The notes beneath the pieces are model-generated. The model was given only the letters and a program-made list of their open reading frames with translations, did not search any database and was not told the origin of the DNA. Positions 36,674 to 49,600 of a stretch of 64,000 nt of DNA are shown here, in pieces. The DNA comes from Lingula anatina (Eukaryota; Animalia; Brachiopoda), in the NCBI GenBank assembly GCA_051362555.1, contig CM120643.1, forward strand, positions 15,350,644-15,414,643. Direction: 5' to 3'. The first letter of the stretch is position 1; each line of letters begins with the position of its first letter. The translations under genes were made by a program, and so were the position numbers.

Positions 36674-39600
36674 ATGGAAGCCCCAGAAGATCAAAACCTG
36701 TCCTTGGAGGAAGGCATTGAGGCTGCACAGGAGGCCAGAGAGTCTGACCCAGAGGCTGAGCAGGGGGTCAGGGATGAGGAAGAGGAGGATGCAGGGAGAG
36801 AAGAGGACAGCGGGGCTGAGGATATCCAGGATGAGCAGGTAAAGAAAACCTTTGTGAAACCTGTCTTACAAAAGCAATGAAAGTGGACAGTTGGTCTGAA
36901 CTTTTAAGCCAAAACTATGGTCTACTACAGTTTAAAATAAATCCAGTGTAGGCTGTTGAATAAAGTAAGCATTTTAAAAGCAGAAACTTACATATTTTAC
37001 TTGTTGTAAAATATGGACAACATTTCCTTCAGTGTTTTTTAGATGTGTATTGTATCATCAATTCATTACTCTGTGTTTAAAGAACTAACGAAAGGTAGCA
37101 TAGAACTGTACTCTTAATTGAGATGTCTCATATTTATTTAAAGATAAGATAATGATATTATTTACATATTTTAATCCTAAAGCAACACCAAAGGCGATCA
37201 GCAGTGGTTGCAGTATTTGCATTTTTCCTGATCTTTTTAGACCAGTAAATCTCAATAATGTCCAGTCTGATACAGTGAGAAAAATCAATACAGTATGGCT
37301 TTTTCTAGTCACTAGACTAGTTATTTTGAAAATTGATGAAATTATAATTTCTGATAAACTTACATCACAATAAAAAATCCAGCTTAAGTAATTATTAATT
37401 AACAAGAAATTTTATTGATAACAATGCCCCTCCTTGTACAGCATGCTACTCCACGACACATTACCTTTCACACTACGAGTGACTCCCATAAACCTATTAT
37501 CAGAGCCCACAACCTTAACATAGTACCAGTGATCCCTTAAATTTATGTTTTTGTCTATAAACATTAGCAGTTACAGTTAAGGTATTCAATAATAAAAAAA
37601 ATCTGGATTAATTGAGGTTGAATCACATTTGATTTATTTTCTAGGCTGGCTCTGGTGCAGAAGATGATGCCTCTGATGTGGAGGGGGACCAGTTAGTTAC
37701 CTCAGAAGATAATCCAGAAGGACAAGTGCCTGTTGTGGAACAACTTCAAGATGTGAGCCAACCCCAGTCTGCTGGTCAAGGAGCAGATGGACTATATCTA
37801 CCTCCAGAAGAGAGCGTCCCTTCTCAGACTGATGATGGTAGACTGGTGTCCAGCAGTGCTGAGGCGCCTGAGACTGAAGTTGACCAGTCACATCTCCTGT
37901 TGCAAAGCGAGGCTGACCAGGCACAGCTGACTTCCCAAACTGAGGCTGACCAATCACAAGCAATGTTGCAAGTAGAACCTGATCAGTCCCAGGTCAATTT
38001 ACACACTGAAGCTGACCAATCACCAATAGCTTCAGAAATTGAGGCTGACCAGTCACGGTCAGCCTTGCAAGTCGAGGCAGATCAGAATGAAGGGGCTGCC
38101 CAGCCAGTGTTTGGGGAGGATTCCACAGACAGAGAAGCAACACGGGACAGCACTGAAGAGGTTTCTGAAACCGAGAGCACGGGTGAGGTGGATGACGCAG
38201 AAGAAAGCACACAGGACTCACAATTCACTGCAGATAGCACCAACCAGGGGATCCCTTCATATTCTGTGATTTCTGGAGTAAGTGACCCCCCTGGGTCACT
38301 CACTGGGGACTCTCAGTCCCAGTCTTTGCCATGGGAGGGTTATTTTGGTGGTGCTGCCCCTGGCTCCCACCCAGAGGAGTCTCAGTCCCAGTCTCTGACA
38401 GGGGAGGGGCTCTATGGAGAAAGAGATGCCACAGAGGATATTTCTCAGGACTCCTCAATACAGCAGGGGGACATTGAGGAGGAGGAAAGGGGTGGACTGT
38501 CTGACCAGATATGTGATAGTAATCAAAATGATTCTCAAAGTGCGATTATCAAACAGGACACTGAAAACCAGGGACAGGGAAATCCTCCAACACAGAGTGA
38601 TTATGGTATAGAAAGGTTGGGTATCAATGGAGATAGTGACAGTGCCACCCCAGGGATAAGAGATGGTGGTGGTTCCACCACAGGGATGGCCCCAGATAGT
38701 GGGTGTAATCAGGCAATCCTGTCAGAGGGTGAGGATGGAGAGGGAGAAAGCTCAGATAGCGGGGAAATTGAGGAAGAGAAAGACAGTGGTAAAATGGGGA
38801 CGGATCAGAAAAATGCCACACAGCACCAAACTGATGTAAAAGCTAAGAGGAAAGACAACCCTTTGAAACATGATTTAAATGAGGATCACGTTGAGCTGGA
38901 CTTTGAAGAAGATGTGGTGGATGTGCATGCAAGTGAGAGTGGGATGTTAGTGGATGGACAGAAGGAAGAAATGGATGACACTGGAAGAAAAGAGGAAGGT
39001 GAAGAATCGGAAGAAGAGGGAGAAGAAAAGGTATTTATTGGCAGAATTTCAGTTAGAATGTACAAGCTCTCTTTGAATGTACATAAACTTAAAAAAAACT
39101 ATTGATAATATTTTTTACTGATGTTTAAGTTTGAGTATTTTAGTAGTATTTTCTAATGTAGTATTGCTGGTAAATGGTAACTTATTGCTTAATAATATAA
39201 TGTCCTTTTTTGTCAGTGTCATTTTATTATCAATATTTTTTACACACATTGAGATTTTCACGGAATGTACCAAAAAAACAATTAATTGTTTTTATTACTG
39301 TAGCAGTAACAAGTAACCTTCATTAGTTTGGTATCTTTCAAGTGAGGTGAGGTTAAAAATCTACAGTTTATATTACGTAAAAAAAGTAATTAGAGGAAAA
39401 TCTTATGATTATCTTGCGATTATTTAATGAAACCCTGGAAAAAAGAAAAATTAATGTTGACTATGTTTCAGTAAGAAAATAAAAACTAAGAAGTTTGTTG
39501 ACTTGTTTGCAGGAAGAAGGAGAAGCAAGATCTGGAGACGAGGGTGAGATAGAGGTCAGTGCTGGATGATACATAGCGAAAAGTTCAAATGAATTCAATT

Positions 39601-42600
39601 AACTCGTCCCATTGCAGACAACTGATGCATTCAGACATGAGCTCATCAAATAGTAGAATATTTGCACTTATGAATATTATTTGATATGAACATTTCAGAT
39701 ATCACATATGGATCACAAATATTTTAAATGTAAATGTTATAGATTTAATAGATGAAAAAGGAAAATTGATAAAAAGAGAACTATTTGAGTAGATTATAGT
39801 TGATTTTTATGACGGGCAAGGGTTTCCCCAGAGAGCCATCCTGTCGCCATTTGGACAGCCACTGGCTTCAAAAGATGGCCTAAATACAAAGACAGCTGGA
39901 CAGCTTATAAAAATTTTGAGAATGACAATATATTTTAGTTGTGAATCTGTAAATAGGTGAACAAATAACAACAGATCAACATTTTAGGTTCCCTGCTCCC
40001 CAAATCCTGGTGAAACCCCTGATGCTGAACTTGTATTTTTCTGTGTTTTGCCGTGGATACTTTGATGAAAAATTTTACTTAACTCTATTAGGATGAAGAT
40101 TGTGAAGAAGGAGAAATAAAGGACCCTGATGGGAGAAAGCCATTTGTAAGGCCGATGTGTCGTTTTTTCAATAGAGGGCACTGCACATGGGGCCCTTCTT
40201 GTCGATTTCTTCACCCTGGGGTCAATGACAAAGGTGAGCAAAAAGGGTTTGTTAAATATGCAGCTAGAGTAAAGGAAACGTTTGATATTTGACCAAAATA
40301 ATATATATTATGACGTATATTTATTTATGCTATACAATAAGCTGAAAAATCAACTATCAAAAGCACTGTGTTTCATTTTTATGTACAGACACAGATGTGT
40401 CTGTACATATAGCCATCATCTGCGTCTGTCGTCGCCGTCGTCGCCGTCGCCGTGCACTTTTACCGATAACATGATAAGTGGAAAACCATTTTGCCTTTTG
40501 ATTTGAAACTTGCAGAACTGATGTATATTCATAATACGCAGGTCAAGTTCGAAAATCAGCATGATCGGGTCACTCTTAGGGAATTTATGCTGTTTTTTCA
40601 CTTTTTTCAACATATATGCAGCACTGATAACACGATAAGTGGAAAACCATTTTACCTTTTGACTTGAAACTTACCGAACTGATGAATATTCATAATACGC
40701 AGGTCAAGTTCGAAAATCAGCATGATCGGGTCACTTTTAGGGAATTTATGCAGTTTTTTCACTTGTCAGCATATATGCAGCACCGATAACACGATAAGTG
40801 GAAAACCATTTTACCTTTTGACTTGAAACTTACAGAACTGATGAATATTCATAATACGCAGGTCAAGTTTGAAAATCAGCATGATTGGGCTATTTTGAGG
40901 GAATTTATGCTGTTTTTTCCCTATTTTCAGCATAAATGCAACACTGATAACACAATATAAGAAAAACGGATTGGCCAATTGTAATTATACTCACAGGAGT
41001 GGTCAATCTTACTAAAACGCAGGTTGAGTTCGAAAATCAGCATAATCGGGCCATTATTTTAGAAGTTATACTGTTTTTTTCACATTTCCTCAGATTCAAT
41101 TCTTAAGCATGTTAACAGTCTCATTATTTAACTAATAAGATGCCCAAAAGTGTTTGTTTGATATTTCCTGCATCTTTACAACATTGTTAGTTGATTATGT
41201 AAAAAACATGGTAAACTTGTTATCATGTATTGTGTAATAAAGTGTCAAAAATGGAAATAAACTCATATCATTGCAGTTTGTCAGATTCAATCATCCACTA
41301 TGTTCAGAATCTCAGAATGGAGGAAATTGGACATTTAACACTGTTCTATTGATACTTTTCCCATTTCATCAATTTTTTTAGTTGGTCATATAAAAATGGC
41401 AGTAAAATGTTTATTTTGTTTTATGTTAAAAAAGTGTTAAAAATGGAAATAAACCCATTTCAGAACAGTGCTGTCTTGTTCAGCATATATGCAACACCGT
41501 AAACACGATAAGTGAAAAACTGTATTACATTTTGGCTTGAAACTTACAGTACTGATGAATATTCATAATACGCCGGTTAAGTTCGAAAATCAGCATGATC
41601 GGGTAATTTTTAGGGAAGTTATGCTTTTTTTTCACTTTTTTCAGCATATATGCAACACTGTAAACACGATAAGTGAAAAACTGTATTACATTTTGGTTTG
41701 AAACTTACAGAACTGATGAATATTCATAATTCGCCGGTCAAGTTCGAATATCAGCATGATTGGGTAATTTTTAGGGAAGTAATGCTTTTTTTTCACTTTT
41801 TTCAGCATATATGCAACACCGTAAACACAATATAAGAAAAACAGATTGGCCAATTGTCATTGTACTCACAGGAGTGGTCAATCTTGCTAAAATGCAGGTT
41901 GAGTTCAAAATCAGTATAATCGGGCCATTATTTTAGGAGTTATGCTGTTTTTTCACAATTCCACAGATTCAATTCTTAGGCATGTTAACAGTCTCATAAT
42001 TGAAAGTGTTTGTTTGATATTTCCTGCATCTTTACAACATTTTTAGCTGATTATGTAAAAATGGTGGTAAACTTGTTATCGTGTATTGTGTAATAAAGTG
42101 TCAAAAATGGAAATAAACTCATATCATTGCAGTTTGTCAGATGCATTCATCCTCTATGTTCAGAATCTCAGAATGGAGGAAGTTGGACATTTAACACTGT
42201 TCTATTGATACTTTTCCCATCTCATCAATTTTCTTCATTGGTCATATAAAAATGGCAGTAAGCTGTTTATTTTGTTTTATGTTAAAATAGTGTTAAAAAT
42301 GGAAATAAACCCATTTCAGAACAGTGCTGTCTTGTTTACATTTTGGCATTTTCAATATGTGACTTAAAGGACAATGTTCATGTAAAAATCCATTTCTCGA
42401 ATTTTGAAGATACAGCACTCAATCTATACACTAGAGGTATGTTTTAATCGATCCCCGCCATTTAAAAATTATAAAAACAATCTATTAGTAGAAAAAAAAG
42501 CGTTTTAGTAAACCTCACCTCAATATGCAAAAATGAAGCAACAGATCTGGGTCACGTGGTACTGTGACGACAATCACGATAAAGGTCTATGAGACTCAAC

Positions 42601-45600
42601 TGAGCTGCATGGTGCATAGTTAGGAAGTTTAGAAGTTAAGGAAAGTTGTGTTGAACGGAGTTGAGGAATTTTCGTTATGCCTCGGTGTGTTGCCGTGGGA
42701 TTCACCAAAATTGCAGCTCTTTCTTTGTCTGTGACGGTCTTCCGTGACTTACTTACTAACTTCGGTGACAATAGTTGCGATGCTCTAGATCATGGTCACC
42801 TCAGGTGGTTTAGATCATATCAAGAGCTGGTAGTCTTTCAGATTAACTATCATCAGTTGGCAAACTTACTGATTGCTGATGCATTTTAAATGCATTGTAG
42901 TTGACCAAAAGCTCGTTTACAACAAACCTGTTAATTATGCACAGCTGCAATTCCCAACCCAGGTAATAACAGGTATGAAACTAGTCTTGGTGGGCTTTCA
43001 TATTTTTCAATATATCTCATTTATTTCATGGGGTTATTTTTTTGGTATTTGTAAATGACGTTAAATATCAATACTTAAACAATTAAGTTCAAACACGGTC
43101 GCGAACATTAATAAAAGAAATTGCTCTCAGGGTATCTTGAAGCTTCCGTGGAAGAAAACGTGTTGAGGAAAAACAGGAAAAAGAGCGTTATATTAAAGAA
43201 AAAATGGGAACTGCTATAATAAAATGGTTCGTTATCCTAATTCGTTTATGCTTTGAGGATTTGTTTCTGAAGATTATTTCATCTGAAATATTAAATAATT
43301 TAAAAGATTGATTATTTTATAACTTGAAACGCAAATTCTGCGTCAGTACGCAATTTTTTTTTTGCAAATTTGTAAGCTTATAACACCGTGCTATAAAGAT
43401 CTACTCAAGAAAAAAATTTGCTTGGGTAAAATTGAGTACGGAATGAACTGGAGACACTTGGCTTGTCATTAAGTTTACACGAAAATATGTCAGGTAACTT
43501 TATACTGTCTTTGAAAGAGTAAAGATTGAAAGATAATTTTAGACAAACTTTGACGGGGGAAATACCTACAAAGAGTAATGGGCTATTTCGCCAACATCTT
43601 GTTGAACATTTTACACTGCAATTCTATTCAAATAAGCTAAGGAACTAATTGCCAAATTAATACTCTCATCACATAACAGGGGGGTAACCAGACCTGCAAA
43701 AATTGTACGCACATATTTAAAAAGATTACAAGCACATACAGCAAAATGTAGACTTACGCAAAACATGAAGGACAGTGTAATCACAGCAAATGTACCTCAT
43801 ATAGTAGCTTAATTTCCATTAATAATAAAATCATCATTTAAGTCAAAAATATTCTTGCGATTTAATAACTATTTTAATTTACCCAGAACGGTATATTTAT
43901 TTTAAAGGCGGTTAACTGAAATATAGTTTTATGATTTGTTTGTGAAAATTGCCCATGTCACCCTGTTAGTTTGGAGGTCTAAGCTGGATCAAGTCCGAGT
44001 TAAAATTCCTATGAAGTTGTGCAGGAAAAATTCTTCCTTTCTTTCTCTAGCTCCTCGATAAACCTGGTGTTCAGATTTTATCTAGTACCCCCAGGTCTAC
44101 GGGAGCTGCGCTTTGTAACTAACGCACAGGTAGATTTTTACCTGAGATAACTGGAGTAAAGCTTAGATAGAGAGTGCGTTCGATACAAGCAAGGCAAATT
44201 GAATGCCATTTAACCCTCTAATTAAGAGGTAAAGGAAGTTCCAGGTAGATGGATGATTAAGATAGGACTTGTAAAGGTAACGGGCATTGTTTACCTCAGT
44301 TTAATAAAAGTATGCAAGACGGAGTGTCAGCGGTTTAATAAAATAAATTGAATTTCACAAATAACATGGACCTCATATGCAATAATCAACATTTCCCTTA
44401 ACTCATTCAAATGCAGTGTTTTATACAACTTGGGATAACCATAATGAAATGCTTGTTAAAGAAATGACTAGACGGGAAATGGTTTTACACAGCTTCACGA
44501 GGATTTAGACCCCTCGGGTAAGAGATTTGAATGAGTATAAACTTTTATCAGACGCCAGAGAAGTCATCTTACAGGTAGACAATGCAGCTCAGTTTGACTG
44601 CTAAGCACGCTCTGTTCTCCAGTGGCTCGATTGTCGTCATTGGACCACGTGACCACGTAGCTCATTAACTCCCAGGCCGAGCAAATAGGACGTTTTTTAA
44701 AGCCAAAAATTTACCAAATGAGCTTTTAATTTGTGTATTTGGATAAAGATATCGTTAGTTGGGCATGTTTTCTGAAGAATATGTTCCGTTCAGGCCATTC
44801 TGACGGCATGAAGCAAACCCTTTAAAGTTCCATGGGCCTGAAGACTTTTGCTAGTCACATTTTCTGAATAACCATGATACTAATATTTTATAATTAAAAA
44901 TTGATGGTCATTATGCTGCAAAACATTAGGTAATCTTGCATCAAAATTTGAAGAAACCCCTATTTTGGGCACTGCTCCCATGATGACCATTTAAGGAAAA
45001 TCATGTCACTTACTGTTCTCAAACTTACAGGAAAGAAACATGGGTCTAAAATACAGCTTCAGTAGACAATGCAGTCTGTTTGGTAAATTTTTCTGGCAAT
45101 TAAACAGTTTTTTGTGAAAATTTAATTTTTTACTTATTGGCATTTCCAAGGTGTGACTTAGAACCTCCACGGGCTTGAAGACCCATGCTAGTCACATTTT
45201 CTTAAATCCATGACAGGTATAATTTATTATGAAAAATGGATGGTCATTATGCTGTAAAACATTATGTAATATTGCATCAAAATTTGAAGAAACCCCTATT
45301 TTGGGCACTGCTCCCATGATGACCATTTAAGGAAAGTCATGTCACTTACTGTTCTCAAACTTACAGGAAAGAAACATGGGACTAAAATACAGCTTCAGTA
45401 GGCAATGCAGTCTGTTTGGTAAATTTTTCTGGTAGTTAAGCAGTTTTTTTGTGAAAATGTAATTTTTCACATATTGGCATTTTCAATGTATGACTTAGAA
45501 CCTCCACGGGCTTGAAGACCCATGCTAGTCACATTTTCTGAAAATTCATGACACTTATATTTTATTATTAAAAATCGATGGTCATTATGCCGTTAAGCAT

Positions 45601-46567
45601 TATGTAATGTTGCATCAAAATAGAAGAAAACACAATTTTGGGTGCTGCTGCCTTGATGACCATTATGGGAAAACTGTGTTACTTATGACTGTCAAACTTT
45701 CAAAAAAGAAACACAGGACTAAAATGCAGCCTGAGTTGGAAAAGCAGTCTAATTGGCTTCTTTTTCTGGAAGCTATACATTTTAGTGTAATATTCATTAT
45801 CTTTTTGGCATATTCATTGTGGGACTCAGAGCTCCCATGGACATGAAGCCGAATGGTAATCATATTTTCTACATGTCCATCCTATTTATAGTCAATAAAC
45901 AAAAATTGGTGATAATTATTCTCTAATTTATTATGTAATGTTACATCAAAATTGACAACAATCTTTTTGCACTGCTACTGCAAACATTATGAAAAGAAAA
46001 CTGTGCTACTTATTATCATTTTTAACTTACAAGTACGATTTTTAGGATTGGCCTTCAGCTCATATGAGAAAACCAGCTCTATTGGATTATCATTTTTATT
46101 GAATTTATGCATTTTTTGTGAAATTTTCAATTTTCTCATTCTGGCACTTTCTAAGTATAAACTTGAACTCCGATGGGCCTGAAGCCTTATGCTTTTAATT
46201 TCGTCTGTGTTACCTGTTGTGCATAAGTTGATGTTGACTGTGCAGATAAACATAATGTATTATTGCATCAGGATTGGTAGTCTCCTATTTTGGGCATTAT
46301 GGTTTTGTGCTTTTCTTAAAGTGTGACTTATGGGCCGAAAGACCTTTGAGTGGGTCAGTCTGTAAATTACCCTTGGGTATCACTAGATGAATTTCAAAGT
46401 TATAAAGTCATTTGCCTTAATAGGCCATTAAATGAGATTACATAAAGCACACTTGTTGATATTTCCCTGTAAACTCCCAAAGGTAAAGCTCTCTGCTAGA
46501 TTAATAATAAGGAAGCAGTGATAATTATGCAGGTAAATTTTGTTTAATATTGCAAATAAGTTTTAAA

Positions 46568-46633
<66 letters not shown>

Positions 46634-49600
46634 TTGTGACATTTAGTTTTCAGGAGTAGACTTTCTTAAAGAGCACTACTTCAAAATATCTGAGATGAAA
46701 AATATCCAAATGAGTGAAGCTTAAAAAAATTGTTTTTCCATATATATTCATATATACTATTTAGTATAAACTGAAGGCATTATAAATTAAATTTTCAACC
46801 CAACTCCACTGTAAATAATGGTGTTTATCATTTGAGACACCTGTATAACTTTTTAATCTTTAAATCACTGCAATTAAGCTCATTATCCATCCCTCCCATA
46901 TAAATGCAATAAAAATTCTGTTAATAATGAGATCAAATGTGTTCCCGATTTACCTTATTACTAAATCTCCCCAAAAATACCTAGTATTTGATATATATAT
47001 ATATATATATATCAAACTGGAAGATTAAAAGTTTGAATAGCATCTTCATAGGAATTATATTTACCTCAAGCTCTGCCAAGGAGGTCATATTTTCACCCCC
47101 GTTTGTCTGTCATCCACATAACACAAAAAGTTAAGGACTGATTTTGCAGAAATTTTCAGGAACTGTCGGAAGTGGGCCAAAGAGGACAATGATTAATTTT
47201 TGGTGGTGGTCTGGAACAATAATCAATCAATTATCAATAATAATCAACAATTGCTGCCTTGGCAGAGGTCTGCACTCTCAAAGTGCTTTTCTAGCTTTGT
47301 TATGTTTTCCTTTATAATTTTTTCTCAAACACTTGCATTTGTGACTTTTAACTCTCATCTGCCTGGGGCTCTGCACATTTTCTGTATTTCCACATAAGCA
47401 GTTGTATTGTTTTTTATGTCTTTAAACATTATGTAATATTATTTTATGCACTGTCATCATTTTTCAAATATTGAGAGTTTCATAGTGTGAATTTGAACTC
47501 TCATGGTCCTGAAACTGTAATTTTATTGAAGGGGTGGACCATCTCCTGGGTCTTCCTGAAGACAGTCAGGTTATTAAGTTTATATTGACTGGTATCTATT
47601 TTTTTCTGTTGGAAGACCATCAAAATGGAGGATGGATCAACATAGATACTTTGTAATACTGTCAGAAAATATCTCTGGGTCCGCTCCTGTTATTGACCAT
47701 GTTACCTGTTGTGCAAGATTAAAATTCAGTGTTGACTGACAGTGCTATTATAAGCATTATTTATTATTGCATCAAAATTGACAAAATGACCTATTTTGCA
47801 TCTTTATTTTCTGTTTTTTTGTCTGTACATTTGACAGCTTTGCTGCCTTGTTTCACCATTATAATTAATAGTAGAAATATCAAAAGCAGTAGCAATGGTA
47901 AAATTAGGAAAAAAAGCTTGAAAACGTGCATTGTATTTGGTTGCCATTCAGTATTATTGTTTATTTGGAATCTGTTATTTTTCTTCTCTTCCAGGTAACT
48001 ACTCCCTGATAGAAAGACCAGGGTTTCACCCCCCAGGGAGGCTGGGGCAGCCTGGGGGTCAGGGACCCCGGGGACAGGAGGTATTATTGTAATATATATA
48101 TATTTTTACTTTTTGTTTGATGTATAATTCATATATATGCTACTTAAGCATAGATTTCAGATTAGTTTCTTATATGAAGTCCTGCTTAGTTCTACCATGT
48201 CTAGTTGCAAATAAAGTCATCAGTTTTTGTAAAAAAATGTTTGGTAAATTGAATTAAATACCTTTCCATGAATTATTTGATGATATTTATTATTATAATA
48301 TTTATTTACCTGTAATATGTTTAGTTGGCTTGATTTATTTTACGTCTTCTTAATATTACTGTTCTGTATCATATAGGGTAATCCAGTGGAAGAACTTCCC
48401 CCACCCCCTCCAGTGGAGGAACCTGCTACAGAGAGTGCCTGGGAAAGAGGGCTGAGGCAAGCCAAGGAGGTACAAGGACATGGGAGTTTTTGTGTATATG
48501 GGTTAAATGGGGTACCCAAAACTTTTAAGCCCATTGGTCGGTTGGACCAGCAGACCTTAGAAAACTATATGGCCAAATTTGCAATAATTGACAATAATTG
48601 ACTTTCCCAAAGATAAAATCTGTAATTTAATGGAAAAATAATCTAAAACAGCCTTTGAAATTTCTAATAGCCTGAATTGACAAGTCACTTTGAAATTTTT
48701 CCGTTGCTTCTATCCCAATTCATACAGTAACTGATTGCTTTGGACTGACATTGCAGACTGGGAAAAATATGCATCAGCTCCATCAAATATGCCATATTAC
48801 TTCCCCTACTGAACTTCAGCCCACAAAATACCGTGTATAGATATGCTTTTAAACCACAGTCTCACATGCTTGCTGTTTTAAGTGAATTAAACTGGACTGT
48901 TTGATGATTAACTTTTTACTGGCTTTAATGCAATATTACAGCACAAGTAGTTGTCACATTGCTCTAAAATATTGTATTAGGATTTAGAAGATGGTATTCC
49001 TAAAAATGTATTTTCAGAGAGAAAAGGATAACTTGAGACAACCAAATGATCAACATCTGTCACATAACTGGAACTTAAGATATTTATTGTCAGTTTTATT
49101 CTGATTCAAGCTGATGAAGAAGGCCAGTAAAAAGAAAGAACAAGAGGTGAACTTACATGAGAAGCGCCTCACACTGAGTATAGAGGATCAAGACAGGGAG
49201 ATGAATAAAGAAAACGACAGGAGAAGATTTGAGCCAGACCCGTACTATGATGACATGTAAGTAGACTTACACAGGTATGGGCAGGTTATGATGACAAATA
49301 CTAGGTATTTTTGGGGAGATTTAGTAATAAGGTAAATCGGGAACACATTTGATCTCATTATTAACAGAATTTTTATTGCATTTATATGGGAGGGATGGAT
49401 AATGAGCTTAATTGCAGTGATTTAAAGATTAAAAAGTTATACAGGTGTCTCAAATGATAAACACCATTATTTACAGTGGAGTTGGGTTGAAAATTTAATT
49501 TATAATGCCTTCAGTTTATACTAAATAGTATATATGAATATATATGGAAAAACAATTTTTTTAAGCTTCACTCATTTGGATATTTTTCATCTCAGATATT

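Larger units (their letters stand above)
40376..47853 (+). mobile_element. Helentron/HINE (DINE-1-like) non-autonomous element, copy 1, with internal tandem arrays and nested insertions
   Basis: Starts in a T run with the palindrome TATGTACAGACAC-AGAT-GTGTCTGTACATA, then a short (GTCGCC)n tract, ~160-bp and ~337-bp tandem units. Ends with the inverted subterminal repeat TGTCTGTACAT, a short hairpin and TTT. No TSD. A near-identical second copy starts at 49966. Confidence 0.8.

Noticed and set aside
42677-42889. Functional THAP-domain gene
   Set aside because: Only the first residues resemble THAP, the second Cys is replaced by Phe, and the frame soon loses similarity. Treated as a transposon relic.
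45607-47397. Duplicated ORFs at 45987/52435 and 47200/53216 as a gene pair
   Set aside because: They lie inside the two HINE copies, have no recognisable domain or splice structure, and recur only because the element is duplicated.
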